Positions 8,200-17,432 of a DNA stretch of 42,512 nt are shown here, piece by piece (the first letter of the stretch is position 1; each line of letters opens with the position of its first letter). Made by a program: the position numbers and the translations under genes. The notes under the pieces were generated by a model. It had not been told where the DNA came from, ran no database searches, and worked only from the letters and a program-made list of their open reading frames with translations. The stretch comes from Candidatus Kaiserbacteria bacterium RIFOXYD1_FULL_42_15. GTDB lineage: Bacteria; Patescibacteriota; Minisyncoccia; Phycocordibacterales; UBA918. The stretch spans positions 1-42,512 of the forward strand of contig MFMT01000023.1 in assembly GCA_001783565.1 (NCBI GenBank), written 5' to 3'.

Positions 8200-9525
8200 A
8201 TGGCGGATTTATTTAAGATACTACTTAGTGCGATAGCTGCTCCAATTTTGTTGGTGGTGGCATTTGTCGTTATGCGCTACACCTTTGCAATTATAGGGGT
8301 AGATTTTGGGCTGATAATATCAATTACCATCGCTTTAACTCCTATATGGTTACCGTTTGTTTTATTCTTTCTTCTCTTTGAACGCTGGATGGATTTTGTT
8401 CACTTAAAATTTTCTCTTGATAATGGACGAACGACTCTTCGTATCAAACTACCACAGGAAGTCCTGAAATCACCCGAAGCAATGGAGAGTGTATTTGCTT
8501 TAATTCACAACCCCAATAATTCAGACAATCTTTGGCAAACATACATTGACGGTCGACTACCTTTGATATTCAGTTTTGAATTAGTTTCAATTGGTGGTGA
8601 CGTGCGTTTTTATATAAACATACCTACCAAGAAAACCAAAAATCTTATTGAAGCCCAGCTTTATGCCCAATTTCCCGGCATTGAAGTTACTGAAGAGATG
8701 GTTGATTATTCATCAGAGGTGGTTTGGAATCCAAAAAAATGGGAGATGATGGTCTTCCATATTGGAAAAAAGGAAGATCAAGTGTTCCCAGTCAAAACCT
8801 ATATAGATTTTGGACTTGATAAACAGCCCAAAGAAGAACTTAAATTTGAGCCGATGGCGGCCATGCTAGAACAACTTAGTACCGCCAAGCCACATGAACG
8901 TTTCTGGATTCAAATTCTATGTAAGCCACACGTAAAGCGAAACTTTAAGAGTGGTTTTTTGAAATCCAAAGCTAGTTGGGAAGGTGATGTTTTCGCTAAA
9001 ATTAGTGAGATGTTAGGTCGTGATCCTAAAAAGAAAACTGGTCCGGTAGAATTTGAAGAACAGCCACGCTTAACTGCTGGTGAACGTGACACGGTTGCGG
9101 CTATGGAGCGCAATGCTGGTAAATATGCCTACGAAACAGCCATTCGTTATGTGTATATTACCCCATTAGGAAAATTTGATGGTAACGCTCTGTTATTGTT
9201 AAAAACATTTTCCCAGTATGACATTATTAAGCGTAACGGATTAGGTGTTCGTTGGCGTACCGACTTTGATTACAACTGGTTCTCAGATTGGTCAGGAAGA
9301 AAAAAAATGGAACTAAAGAAAAAGGAACTTGAAGATTACAAAAAGCGCGTCTATACAGTCAGAGAGCCCATATCAAGGGTGGATGAACTGAAGATATTTA
9401 CTGCCGAAGAATTGGCAACTATTTACCATATTCCGGGTAGCTCGGTTATTACCCCTGGACTATCCCGTATTCCATCAGCCAGACGTGAAGCACCGGCTAA
9501 TTTACCAGTTGAATTACCTCAATAA
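8200..9525 (+). CDS. membrane-anchored protein of unknown function
   Basis: I prefer the ATG at 8200 (MADLFKILL...) over the upstream TTG at 8131. Two N-terminal TM helices are followed by a large soluble domain (LRIKLPQEVLKSPEAMESVFALIH...). I cannot assign a family. Confidence 0.5.
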   Translation: MADLFKILLSAIAAPILLVVAFVVMRYTFAIIGVDFGLIISITIALTPIWLPFVLFFLLFERWMDFVHLKFSLDNGRTTLRIKLPQEVLKSPEAMESVFALIHNPNNSDNLWQTYIDGRLPLIFSFELVSIGGDVRFYINIPTKKTKNLIEAQLYAQFPGIEVTEEMVDYSSEVVWNPKKWEMMVFHIGKKEDQVFPVKTYIDFGLDKQPKEELKFEPMAAMLEQLSTAKPHERFWIQILCKPHVKRNFKSGFLKSKASWEGDVFAKISEMLGRDPKKKTGPVEFEEQPRLTAGERDTVAAMERNAGKYAYETAIRYVYITPLGKFDGNALLLLKTFSQYDIIKRNGLGVRWRTDFDYNWFSDWSGRKKMELKKKELEDYKKRVYTVREPISRVDELKIFTAEELATIYHIPGSSVITPGLSRIPSARREAPANLPVELPQ

Positions 9526-9544
9526 AATAAAAGTATTTAATTAT

Positions 9545-10543
9545 ATGGAGCAAACAGTAACCCCAGAAATTCCCGAGAAAAAAACAAATCAGCTCAGATT
9601 TATTTTGTTAAGCATTATAATTTCTGCTTTATTACTATCTATAATAATTTGGTATATTACTTATTTTAAAAAACCTCCAGCTGAATTTCCGGTCGGTGAA
9701 CCGATAGAGGTTACTCGAGGTATGAACATGGAAGGCATTTCGCACCTACTACAGGTGCGAAATGTTGTCCGCTCTAGTTTATTTTTGAATTTTGTTCTTT
9801 TAACTAAATATAATCCAGCCGATATTAAGGCCAGCACCTATGTTTTTTCTGAACCATTAGATGTTTTTGGTGTAGCAAAACGTTTATCGGAGGGTGATTT
9901 TAATTCCAATTTGGTCAGGTTCACTCACCGTGAAGGAGAGAGGGCACTATATATTGCCGAGACGGCTAAAAAACAGTTGGTAAATTTTGATCAAAATAGT
10001 TTTTTGAAAGAAGCTATCCCTTTGGAAGGAAAATTATTTCCAGATACGTATTTTATTCCCACAAATTATACCGCCCATGAATTGATAACCACTATGTTGG
10101 ATAATTATGAAAAAAATATTAATCCCTTGCGTGATGACATTATCAAAAGTGGCTTAACCGAACAAGAAATTATTACTTTAGCATCAATTGTTGAAAGAGA
10201 GGCAAATTCTTCAGAATCAATGGGGCTAGTGTCAGGTATTCTTCGTAATCGCTTAGAATTAGGTATGGCCTTACAGGTAGATGCCTCAATAGAATATGTA
10301 CTTGATAAAAGTTTGCAGGAACTATCTCCTTCTGACCTAGAATTAGATTCACTCTACAATACTTATAATCACCCCGGCTTACCACCAAGTCCGATTGGCA
10401 ATCCTGGTTTAGAATCAATTCAAGCGGTATTGAATCCAACCAATTCAAAATATTTGTATTATCTGACTGACTCTGAAGGTATTTTTCACTATGCTAATTC
10501 CTTTGAGGAACATAAAGAGAACATTGCTCTTTACTTGAGATAG
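9545..10543 (+). CDS. mltG: endolytic murein transglycosylase MltG (YceG-like)
   Basis: The ATG at 9545 is in frame with the 9485 ORF. It has an N-terminal TM helix plus the motifs LFPDTYFIP, LASIVEREA, LQVDASIEY and YNTYNHPGLPPSPIGNPG. Confidence 0.85.
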   Translation: MEQTVTPEIPEKKTNQLRFILLSIIISALLLSIIIWYITYFKKPPAEFPVGEPIEVTRGMNMEGISHLLQVRNVVRSSLFLNFVLLTKYNPADIKASTYVFSEPLDVFGVAKRLSEGDFNSNLVRFTHREGERALYIAETAKKQLVNFDQNSFLKEAIPLEGKLFPDTYFIPTNYTAHELITTMLDNYEKNINPLRDDIIKSGLTEQEIITLASIVEREANSSESMGLVSGILRNRLELGMALQVDASIEYVLDKSLQELSPSDLELDSLYNTYNHPGLPPSPIGNPGLESIQAVLNPTNSKYLYYLTDSEGIFHYANSFEEHKENIALYLR

Positions 10544-10572
10544 TTAAAAAATATGGTAGCGTACTATGAATT

Positions 10573-11637
10573 ATGAACAAACAAATAACCGTTTTTGTTG
10601 GTCTTTCCGGTGGAGTAGACTCATCGGTAGCCGCTCTGCGTCTTTTAAAGCAAGGATATAAAGTGGTCGGAGTTTTTATCAAGGTTTGGCATCCGGATTT
10701 TTTGGTTTGCAACTGGGAAGCCGAGCGACTTGACGCCATGCGAGTGGCCGCCAAACTAGGCATTCCATTTTTAACCTGTGATGCTATCAATACTTATCGT
10801 GACGCTGTTGCTAAATATTTTATTGAAAGTTATCAAGCCGGACGAACACCAAACCCTGATGTTATGTGCAACAAGGAAGTCAAATTTGGAGTTTTTATGG
10901 ACTTTGCCAAGAAACGTGGTGCAGACTTTGTGGCTACTGGACACTATGCCCAAAATAAGTTTATAAACGGCAAGCACTGGCTTGCTCGTGGTGTTGATAC
11001 TAACAAAGATCAAAGTTATTTTTTGTGGACACTAACTCAGTCACAGTTAAAACATATTCTGTTCCCAGTTGGCAATTCATCTAAGGATGTAATTCGTAAA
11101 GAAGCGACTAAGGCAGGTTTGATAACTGCCCAAAAGAAAGACAGCCAAGGTGTTTGTTTTCTTGGTCATATTGATATTCCTGATTTTCTTTCACACTACA
11201 TTGATCTTAAACCAGGTCATGTTCTCGACGAGGTTGGTAATGTAGTAGGTGAACACCAAGGTGCCTTTGTCTACACCATTGGTCAAAGACACGGCTTTAC
11301 TCTAAATTCACCAGATAGTAATCGCGGACCACATTATGTTGTAGAAAAAGATCTATCAAAAAACCATTTGGTTGTGTCTGCGATTAAACCAATCATAAAT
11401 ACTAAAGAGAATCTAACACTTAGTGAGGTGCAATTAAATAATTCTCTACCGAAACAAGGAGAAATCCTAGCACAGACTCGTTATCGTCAAAATCCATTTT
11501 CAGTTACGGTAGCAATAAATAATGACAAGGATAAACTCTTATTAACAATAAATGAAACCACTGAAGTTCCAGCTATTGGTCAGTCCTGTGTATTATATCA
11601 AGGTGAAATTGTGCTAGGAGGTGGTATTATTTCATAG
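10573..11637 (+). CDS. mnmA: tRNA 2-thiouridine(34) synthase MnmA
   Basis: 354 aa. It has the PP-loop VGLSGGVDSSVAA, plus DQSYFLW and QGVCFLG. Confidence 0.93.
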   Translation: MNKQITVFVGLSGGVDSSVAALRLLKQGYKVVGVFIKVWHPDFLVCNWEAERLDAMRVAAKLGIPFLTCDAINTYRDAVAKYFIESYQAGRTPNPDVMCNKEVKFGVFMDFAKKRGADFVATGHYAQNKFINGKHWLARGVDTNKDQSYFLWTLTQSQLKHILFPVGNSSKDVIRKEATKAGLITAQKKDSQGVCFLGHIDIPDFLSHYIDLKPGHVLDEVGNVVGEHQGAFVYTIGQRHGFTLNSPDSNRGPHYVVEKDLSKNHLVVSAIKPIINTKENLTLSEVQLNNSLPKQGEILAQTRYRQNPFSVTVAINNDKDKLLLTINETTEVPAIGQSCVLYQGEIVLGGGIIS

Positions 11638-12482
11638 TGTCAATTTCTGTTCTTAAAGCTGATGGAACTACTGAATACTTCAAAATTGAGAAGTTGCGTC
11701 GTTCCTTACGTCGAGCAGGGGCAAACAATCAAGAGATTGTAACTGTTATTGAGGCGGTTGAATCTCACTTGTATGATGGTATTAAGACTCAAGAAATCTA
11801 TCGTTTTGCTTTTGAAAGATTACGACAAGAGGGAATACCAGCAGCCACCAGATATTCTCTTCGTCGGGCCTTATTTGGTTTAGGCCCAACTGGTTTTCCG
11901 TTTGAACGTTTTTTGGGCAGGATGTTTAAGGCCGAAGGTTACAACACCGAAACCGGTATTATTATAAGTGGTCATTGTGCCACACACGAAATAGATATTG
12001 CTGCCTATAAAAGTGACCATAGTTTTATTGGTGAAGCAAAATTTCATGCCAGACCAGGTATGAAGTCCGATCTTCAGGTAGCCCTTTATTCTTATGCTCG
12101 GTTACTTGATTTACGTGATGCGCGTATTTGTGTTGATGATGTCTGCGGAGTGAAAGAATTCTGGCTAATTACTAATACCAAATTTACCACCTCGGCTGAA
12201 AAATATGGCCTCTGTGTCGGATTGAAAATGCTCAGTTGGGACTTTCCTCGAAAAAATAACTTGCATGACCGCATTGAACGGGCTAAGGTCTACCCAATTA
12301 CCGTTTTGCATACTTTAACACCATCACAGATTTCCACTCTTTTTGAACATGATGTTATCCTTTGCAGTGAGATCATCAATAATCCTCATTACTTACACAC
12401 CCTACACATAAATGAAGTTAAAGCCCAAGAAATTATTATAGAAGCAAATAACATCATAAATAATAACTCCACAAGCACCTAA
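11637..12482 (+). CDS. ATP-cone domain fused to an Mrr-like restriction endonuclease domain
   Basis: 281 aa. The GTG start shares one nt with the mnmA stop. The N-terminus VLKADGTTEYFKIEKLRRSL... resembles an ATP-cone. The middle FPFERFLGRMFKAEGY...HEIDIAAY...IGEAKFH fits a PD-(D/E)xK (Mrr_cat-like) core. Confidence 0.65.
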   Translation: MSISVLKADGTTEYFKIEKLRRSLRRAGANNQEIVTVIEAVESHLYDGIKTQEIYRFAFERLRQEGIPAATRYSLRRALFGLGPTGFPFERFLGRMFKAEGYNTETGIIISGHCATHEIDIAAYKSDHSFIGEAKFHARPGMKSDLQVALYSYARLLDLRDARICVDDVCGVKEFWLITNTKFTTSAEKYGLCVGLKMLSWDFPRKNNLHDRIERAKVYPITVLHTLTPSQISTLFEHDVILCSEIINNPHYLHTLHINEVKAQEIIIEANNIINNNSTST

Positions 12483-12572
12483 ATCTGAGTGGCTGTCAAT
12501 ATTCTTACCAAGCAGTGTTGATGTTATACTTATTAGGTAAGGATTTTATTTCAGCAATTCACAAAAAACAAT

Positions 12573-13127
12573 ATGTCAGAAAAAAAAGAAGAGACTCAAA
12601 AGACGGTAATAGCGTTTATAGTCGGTTTACTTATCGGAGGATTACTAGTTTGGGCATTTAGTGGTACCGAAAGCGTCGCACCAAAAAGTACTACTGATGA
12701 CAAGGTTGACACCACTGCCACAACTGATAGTAAGTCAGACGATACAAAAACCGCTACTATAGATGAGAAAAAAATAGTAGTTACACCAGAGCCTACAGCC
12801 GTCCTACCAGTAGGAGATGGTTCAGTTAAGGTTGCAGATGACCAGGCAGCTGGATCAAGAGTTGCTTTAGCATCAGCTACATTCCCAATCAAAGAAGGTT
12901 GGATTGGTGTTCGTGACTATGACAATGGTAATCTAGGTGGTCTTCTCGGCGTTGTTCGCTTTAGTGAGGAACAAGGTTTGGTACCAACCACAATTATCCT
13001 GCAACGGGCAACTGTAGCCGGAAATACTTACGCAGTTATTTTCTATACCGAAAGCGGCGACCGTAAATTCAGTCTGGCTAACGATGTTCAGGTTGATAAG
13101 ATTTTTGCCACCTTTACTGCCAAATAA
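12573..13127 (+). CDS. membrane-anchored extracytoplasmic protein, unknown function
   Basis: 184 aa. An N-terminal TM helix (VIAFIVGLLIGGLLVWAF) is followed by a T/D/K-rich linker and a beta-rich C-terminal domain. Confidence 0.5.
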   Translation: MSEKKEETQKTVIAFIVGLLIGGLLVWAFSGTESVAPKSTTDDKVDTTATTDSKSDDTKTATIDEKKIVVTPEPTAVLPVGDGSVKVADDQAAGSRVALASATFPIKEGWIGVRDYDNGNLGGLLGVVRFSEEQGLVPTTIILQRATVAGNTYAVIFYTESGDRKFSLANDVQVDKIFATFTAK

Positions 13128-13145
13128 AACCTGCTGAGATGTTTG

Positions 13146-13176
13146 AAAAATCCCTCGCATGAGGGATTTTTCTTTA
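13146..13176 (+). terminator. rho-independent terminator
   Basis: AAAAATCCCTC-GCAT-GAGGGATTTTTCTTT: a 7-bp stem plus a T tract, 19 nt after the stop of the preceding gene. Confidence 0.7.
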
Positions 13177-13261
13177 TGGCATGGAACCAATACTAAATTG
13201 CCCTGAATTGGCGCGTCGTTGCGTTGACACTCCATTTTTTGCAATGACAAACAGTGGTAAG

Positions 13262-13386
13262 CAAACGTGGATTGCTTCACTCCGTTCGCCTGTCTGCCAT
13301 GCCTGCGCATGCAGGGCAGACAGGCAAAGACGGTTGTCTGTTCTGCCTGTTCGTCTTTGCGAGGAGCTTGTGACGAAGCAATCCAG
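13262..13386. repeat. cluster C of the GTGGATTGC-N-C(A/T)..GCAAAGACG family
   Basis: Units are 13267-13332 (+) and 13352-13386 (-). The + unit carries the GC-rich core CTGCCATGCCTGCGCATGCAGGGCAG, also seen in cluster B. Confidence 0.85.
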
Positions 13387-13456
13387 AGTCTAATAAGTTA
13401 AATCTTTCCAAGAATTGTGGGTGGTAATTGGTGAAGGTATCGGTATAATGATTGAT

Positions 13457-14251
13457 ATGGCTGATTATACAAAAAAATATAACCCAAATAGAAGTACTGA
13501 GTGGAATTACGGCGGAGACAAGTGGCGACTCTCTCGCTCTAAGATTGATTTTTTTGTTGAATGTCCTCGTTGTTTTTACCTTGATAATAAACTCGGTACT
13601 AAACGTCCCGGCTTTCCATCATTTAACTTGAATCTTGCCGTTGACGAGCTTTTCAAAAAAGAGTTTGATGTTCACCGAAAAAATAAGACCCCCCACCCAG
13701 TAATGGAGCAATACAAAATAAAGGCAGTTCCTTTTCAACATGAAAAAATGGATGTTTGGCGTGACAACTTTGTCGGTATCGAATACGCCCATCCCGAGAC
13801 TGGCATGACCGTTTCAGGCGCAATTGACGATATCTGGATAACGCCGTCCGGAAAACTTATCATTGTGGATTATAAATCAACCTCAAAAGACGGTTCGATT
13901 ACAGAACTGTCAGACAGCCCTTGGGACCAACAATACAAGCGTCAGCTCGGCGTTTACAAATGGCTGCTGGAGAAAAACGGCTTCAAGGTCGAGGATGTCG
14001 GTTACCTAGTGTATGCCAATGCCAGTAAAGATGAGGTTGGTTTTGATAACAAACTGGTTTTTGAAACCACCATGGTCCCTGTCGAGGCAGAAACGGAATG
14101 GATTGAGCCAACTTTGAAAAAAATTAAGACCTGTCTTGATGACGAACACCTACCCGCTATAGGGGAGAAGTGTGAATTTTGTCCCTATCGTGAGGCCTGT
14201 GGCAAAAAACTGCAACATATCCACGCACGCCAATTAGCTCAAAGTAAATAA
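13457..14251 (+). CDS. PD-(D/E)XK nuclease, Cas4/RecB-like, with a 4-Cys cluster
   Basis: The ATG at 13457 lies 7 nt after TATAAT (13444-13449). It has an N-terminal Cys (CPRCFYL), the core DDIWITPSGKLIIVDYKS, and a C-terminal CEFCPYREAC. Confidence 0.7.
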   Translation: MADYTKKYNPNRSTEWNYGGDKWRLSRSKIDFFVECPRCFYLDNKLGTKRPGFPSFNLNLAVDELFKKEFDVHRKNKTPHPVMEQYKIKAVPFQHEKMDVWRDNFVGIEYAHPETGMTVSGAIDDIWITPSGKLIIVDYKSTSKDGSITELSDSPWDQQYKRQLGVYKWLLEKNGFKVEDVGYLVYANASKDEVGFDNKLVFETTMVPVEAETEWIEPTLKKIKTCLDDEHLPAIGEKCEFCPYREACGKKLQHIHARQLAQSK

Positions 14252-14307
14252 GAAATTTACGGGTCTCACCCTTAAATTTGAAACAAAGATATAGAACTAG
14301 TTATTTT

Positions 14308-14565
14308 ATGACCTTATTTCGGGAAAAAGTAAAAGATATCGTCTGTTCAATTCCAGCTGGCAAGACCATGTCATATAGCGAGGTGGCAGCCAAGGCAGGG
14401 TATCCACGAGCTGCCCGTGCAGTTGCTAATATCATGGCTACCAATTATGATCCAGATATACCTTGCCACCGAGTAATCCGCTCTAATGGCCAATTAGGCG
14501 GGTATAATCGTGGCGGAGAAGAAGCCAAACGTGTTATATTAGAAACAGAAAAAATTAAATTATAA
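14308..14565 (+). CDS. MGMT-family protein (methylated-DNA--protein-cysteine methyltransferase DNA-binding/active-site domain only)
   Basis: The ATG at 14308 is in frame with the TTG at 14278. The active-site motif IPCHRVI is present. The protein is about 85 aa and has only the C-terminal domain. Confidence 0.75.
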   Translation: MTLFREKVKDIVCSIPAGKTMSYSEVAAKAGYPRAARAVANIMATNYDPDIPCHRVIRSNGQLGGYNRGGEEAKRVILETEKIKL

Positions 14566-14570
14566 TTCTT

Positions 14571-14855
14571 ATGTTTATTACAGATTCAACACTACAACGT
14601 TTAGAGAAAGACCGGAATACACTTATTACAAATCAAACCGAAATGCGACGAGACGCCAATACCCTTCGTGCTCAGATGCAGGTAAAGATTCAAGAAGTAC
14701 AACGTGATTTTGAGTATCGAATTGAAAAAATCGAACACGACCTTGATGAAATTGAAAGGAAGATTCCAGCTCTTACACATCAAATTGAGCAACGAGGCAA
14801 AGAAGTGCAAAAGAAATATGACGATGAGCAGAAAGAATTAAATAAAGCAGTATAA
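14571..14855 (+). CDS. coiled-coil protein, unknown function
   Basis: 94-aa ORF rich in E/K/Q/R heptad-like sequence and tightly packed between neighbouring genes. No family recognised. Confidence 0.4.
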   Translation: MFITDSTLQRLEKDRNTLITNQTEMRRDANTLRAQMQVKIQEVQRDFEYRIEKIEHDLDEIERKIPALTHQIEQRGKEVQKKYDDEQKELNKAV

Positions 14856-14873
14856 CAATTGCTATCAAGCTTT

Positions 14874-15473
14874 ATGTACTCCTACCGCATTGAACAAGCT
14901 ATCCGCGCTGCTGCGGTACTCCATCGTGAGCAATCACGAAATGGTTCAGTACCTTTTCCGTTTGTAACTCATCTGTTTTCGGTAGCAATGTTTTTGCTCG
15001 ATTTTACCAAAGACGAAGACGTGATTATAGCAGCACTACTGCACGATACTATTGAAGATACTGACTACACGATTGAAGAGCTGAAAGAAGACTTTGGTGA
15101 AAAAGTAACGGAAATAGTATCGACACTAACCGAACCCAAATACCACAAAGATAAAAAGCTAAACTGGGTTGAAAGTAAAACGGCCTACGCAAAACAGTTA
15201 AAAAATGGTCCCACTGAAGCAGTACTAATTGCAGCGGCTGATAAAATTCACAATTTTCGCTCCAGCGTAGAAGAATACTACGATGATCACAATCGCTTTC
15301 TGCAAGATTTCGGCAAACATTTAGATGAACGCCTAGAAGTTTACCAAACTATTTCTAACGTATTTAATAATCGGCTCGACGGTCCTTTACTTAAGGAATA
15401 CAACCACGTTTTTGACGAATATAAGAATTTCATTTATGACATCCAAAAATCACAACGACAAGAAAAATTTTAA
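14874..15473 (+). CDS. HD-domain (p)ppGpp hydrolase-like protein (SpoT/Mesh1-type small alarmone hydrolase)
   Basis: AAAVLHREQSRNGSVPF..THLFSVA...IIAALLHDTIEDTDYTIEELKEDFGEKV matches the RelA/SpoT hydrolase HD domain. No synthetase domain is present. Confidence 0.75.
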   Translation: MYSYRIEQAIRAAAVLHREQSRNGSVPFPFVTHLFSVAMFLLDFTKDEDVIIAALLHDTIEDTDYTIEELKEDFGEKVTEIVSTLTEPKYHKDKKLNWVESKTAYAKQLKNGPTEAVLIAAADKIHNFRSSVEEYYDDHNRFLQDFGKHLDERLEVYQTISNVFNNRLDGPLLKEYNHVFDEYKNFIYDIQKSQRQEKF

Positions 15474-17289
15474 CTACACCATCACAACAAATCTTCCTAA
15501 ATTAGGCACAATTAAAAATGAGTGGGATTTAAAAAAGCAGTACTATACTAGCCACACCGACACACAAATTGAAGCAGACGTCCTAGCTACCGAAAAAGCA
15601 CTCAAAAACTTTGCTAAAAAGTGGCGTAGTAAAAAATTTACTACCGATGTAAGACTTCTTAAACAGGCCCTGACTGAAAGTGAAGTAATGTCAGGTAATC
15701 CAACATTCTCAAGACCAATGCGCTATTTTAGTCTTGTCACCGCACTTAATACCGCAGACTCAGTTGCCGAAAAACAAATATCGCTTATTGGTAACAGACT
15801 GCGTAAAGCGAGTAACCAAGTACTTTTTTTTACGCTCGAATTAGGCAAGATATCCAAAGCTGAACAAAAAAAACTGATAAACCATGCTGACCTTACACAT
15901 TTTCGTTACTACCTTGAAGAACTTTTTGCTAGCGCCAAGTATCATTTGACAGAAGACCAAGAAAAAATTATTAGCTTGAAAAGCCGTCAATCATACGGGC
16001 GCTGGGTTGACATGACTGACAAAATTATTAGTCAACGTCACATTGTCTGGAAAGATAAAAGTGTTGCCTTACCCGAGGCGATCGAAATGGTTAACCTACA
16101 GACATTCGCCAATAAGCCGAAGCTCTGGGGACTAATAGTCGATCAACTTGAACAAATCAGTGAAATTGCAGAACATGAATTCAATGCCATTATCACTGAT
16201 GTCCGCACCGAAGACGAACTTCGGGGTTACAAAAAACCCTATAGTGCCACTGTGTTGAATTACCAAGACAACGAAATAGCGCTTGAAAGACTATTGGCGG
16301 CGGTAACTGGTACCGGATTTAAACTTAGTCATAAGTTTTATAAACTGAAGGCAAAATATCACGGCGTAGAAAAACTCGAATATAGTCAAAGGAATGAAAG
16401 TGCTGGTGAAAGTGTGTCGATTTCTTATGATCAGGCCGTGACAGTTTGCCGTGACGTGTTCTATAGCGTCCACAAAGATTACGGCGAATTTTTTGACTCA
16501 ATGCTAGAGAACGGCCAAATTGATGTTTGGCCAAAACCAGGCAAGACTGGTGGCGCTTTTATGTCTGCGGAGAATGGTCACCCCACCAATGTCATGCTTA
16601 ATCATGTGACAAACTTTCAAGCACTTGAAACACTGGCTCATGAGATGGGCCACGCTATTCATGCCATGCGAAGTAAAAAACAAACACCGTTTTATTCAAA
16701 TCACTCTATAGTGACAGCCGAAACTGCCAGCACATTATTTGAGAACTTAGTTTTTGATGCGGTTTTTGCGCAAGTGAGTAATGATGAAAAAGCCATTCTC
16801 CTCCATGACCGTATCCTTCGCGATATATCAACCATCCAACGCCAAATTGCATTTTTTAATGCCGAACTCGAAATTCATAACACCATTCACTTAAAAGGGG
16901 GGATGAGTGGCGAAGAGTTGCGGAACTGCATGCAAAAACACCTTCAGTCCTACCTTGGGGCAGCTGTAAATGTAACTGAAAAAGACGGCTACACATACGT
17001 TTATGTCGGCCATCTTCGCTACGGTTTCTATGTGTATTCATACGCTTATGGACTTATGATGAGTAGCATTATGTCGGGTAGATATCGCGAAGATAACAAC
17101 TACGTTGAAAAGATTGACGAGTTTTTGTCACTTGGTGAATCAATGCTAATTAAGGACATTTACAAGAAAGTTGGTATTGATACCTCAAAAATTGATACTT
17201 TTGAAAACGCTCTCAAAAAACTTGGGGATGATATTGCTATGTTTGATAAACTACTAAAGAAAAAGAAGAAGCCCAGTAATGTTAAATAA
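15436..17289 (+). CDS. pepF: oligoendopeptidase F family (M3B) metallopeptidase
   Basis: About 617 aa from the ATG at 15436, overlapping the upstream gene by 38 nt. The zinc motif HEMGHAIH is present and length and architecture fit M3B. Confidence 0.85.
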   Translation: MTSKNHNDKKNFNYTITTNLPKLGTIKNEWDLKKQYYTSHTDTQIEADVLATEKALKNFAKKWRSKKFTTDVRLLKQALTESEVMSGNPTFSRPMRYFSLVTALNTADSVAEKQISLIGNRLRKASNQVLFFTLELGKISKAEQKKLINHADLTHFRYYLEELFASAKYHLTEDQEKIISLKSRQSYGRWVDMTDKIISQRHIVWKDKSVALPEAIEMVNLQTFANKPKLWGLIVDQLEQISEIAEHEFNAIITDVRTEDELRGYKKPYSATVLNYQDNEIALERLLAAVTGTGFKLSHKFYKLKAKYHGVEKLEYSQRNESAGESVSISYDQAVTVCRDVFYSVHKDYGEFFDSMLENGQIDVWPKPGKTGGAFMSAENGHPTNVMLNHVTNFQALETLAHEMGHAIHAMRSKKQTPFYSNHSIVTAETASTLFENLVFDAVFAQVSNDEKAILLHDRILRDISTIQRQIAFFNAELEIHNTIHLKGGMSGEELRNCMQKHLQSYLGAAVNVTEKDGYTYVYVGHLRYGFYVYSYAYGLMMSSIMSGRYREDNNYVEKIDEFLSLGESMLIKDIYKKVGIDTSKIDTFENALKKLGDDIAMFDKLLKKKKKPSNVK

Positions 17290-17432
17290 TTCCTTAATAC
17301 AGCACTGAAGACCATTATTTAAGCGTCTATTATAATGATGTATATTTGCCTTAGTTATAATAGTTTAAACAATAACCCTCGCCAATCCTATTAAATTTGC
17401 TATAGTAACAGAGTTACAAATAGTTATTTTCT

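Noticed and set aside
12596-13310. Minus-strand ORFs 12596-12892 (98 aa) and 12933-13310 (125 aa).
   Set aside because: The first is antisense to the better-supported + gene 12573-13127. The second spans that gene's 3' end, its terminator and repeat cluster C. Neither has recognisable motifs.
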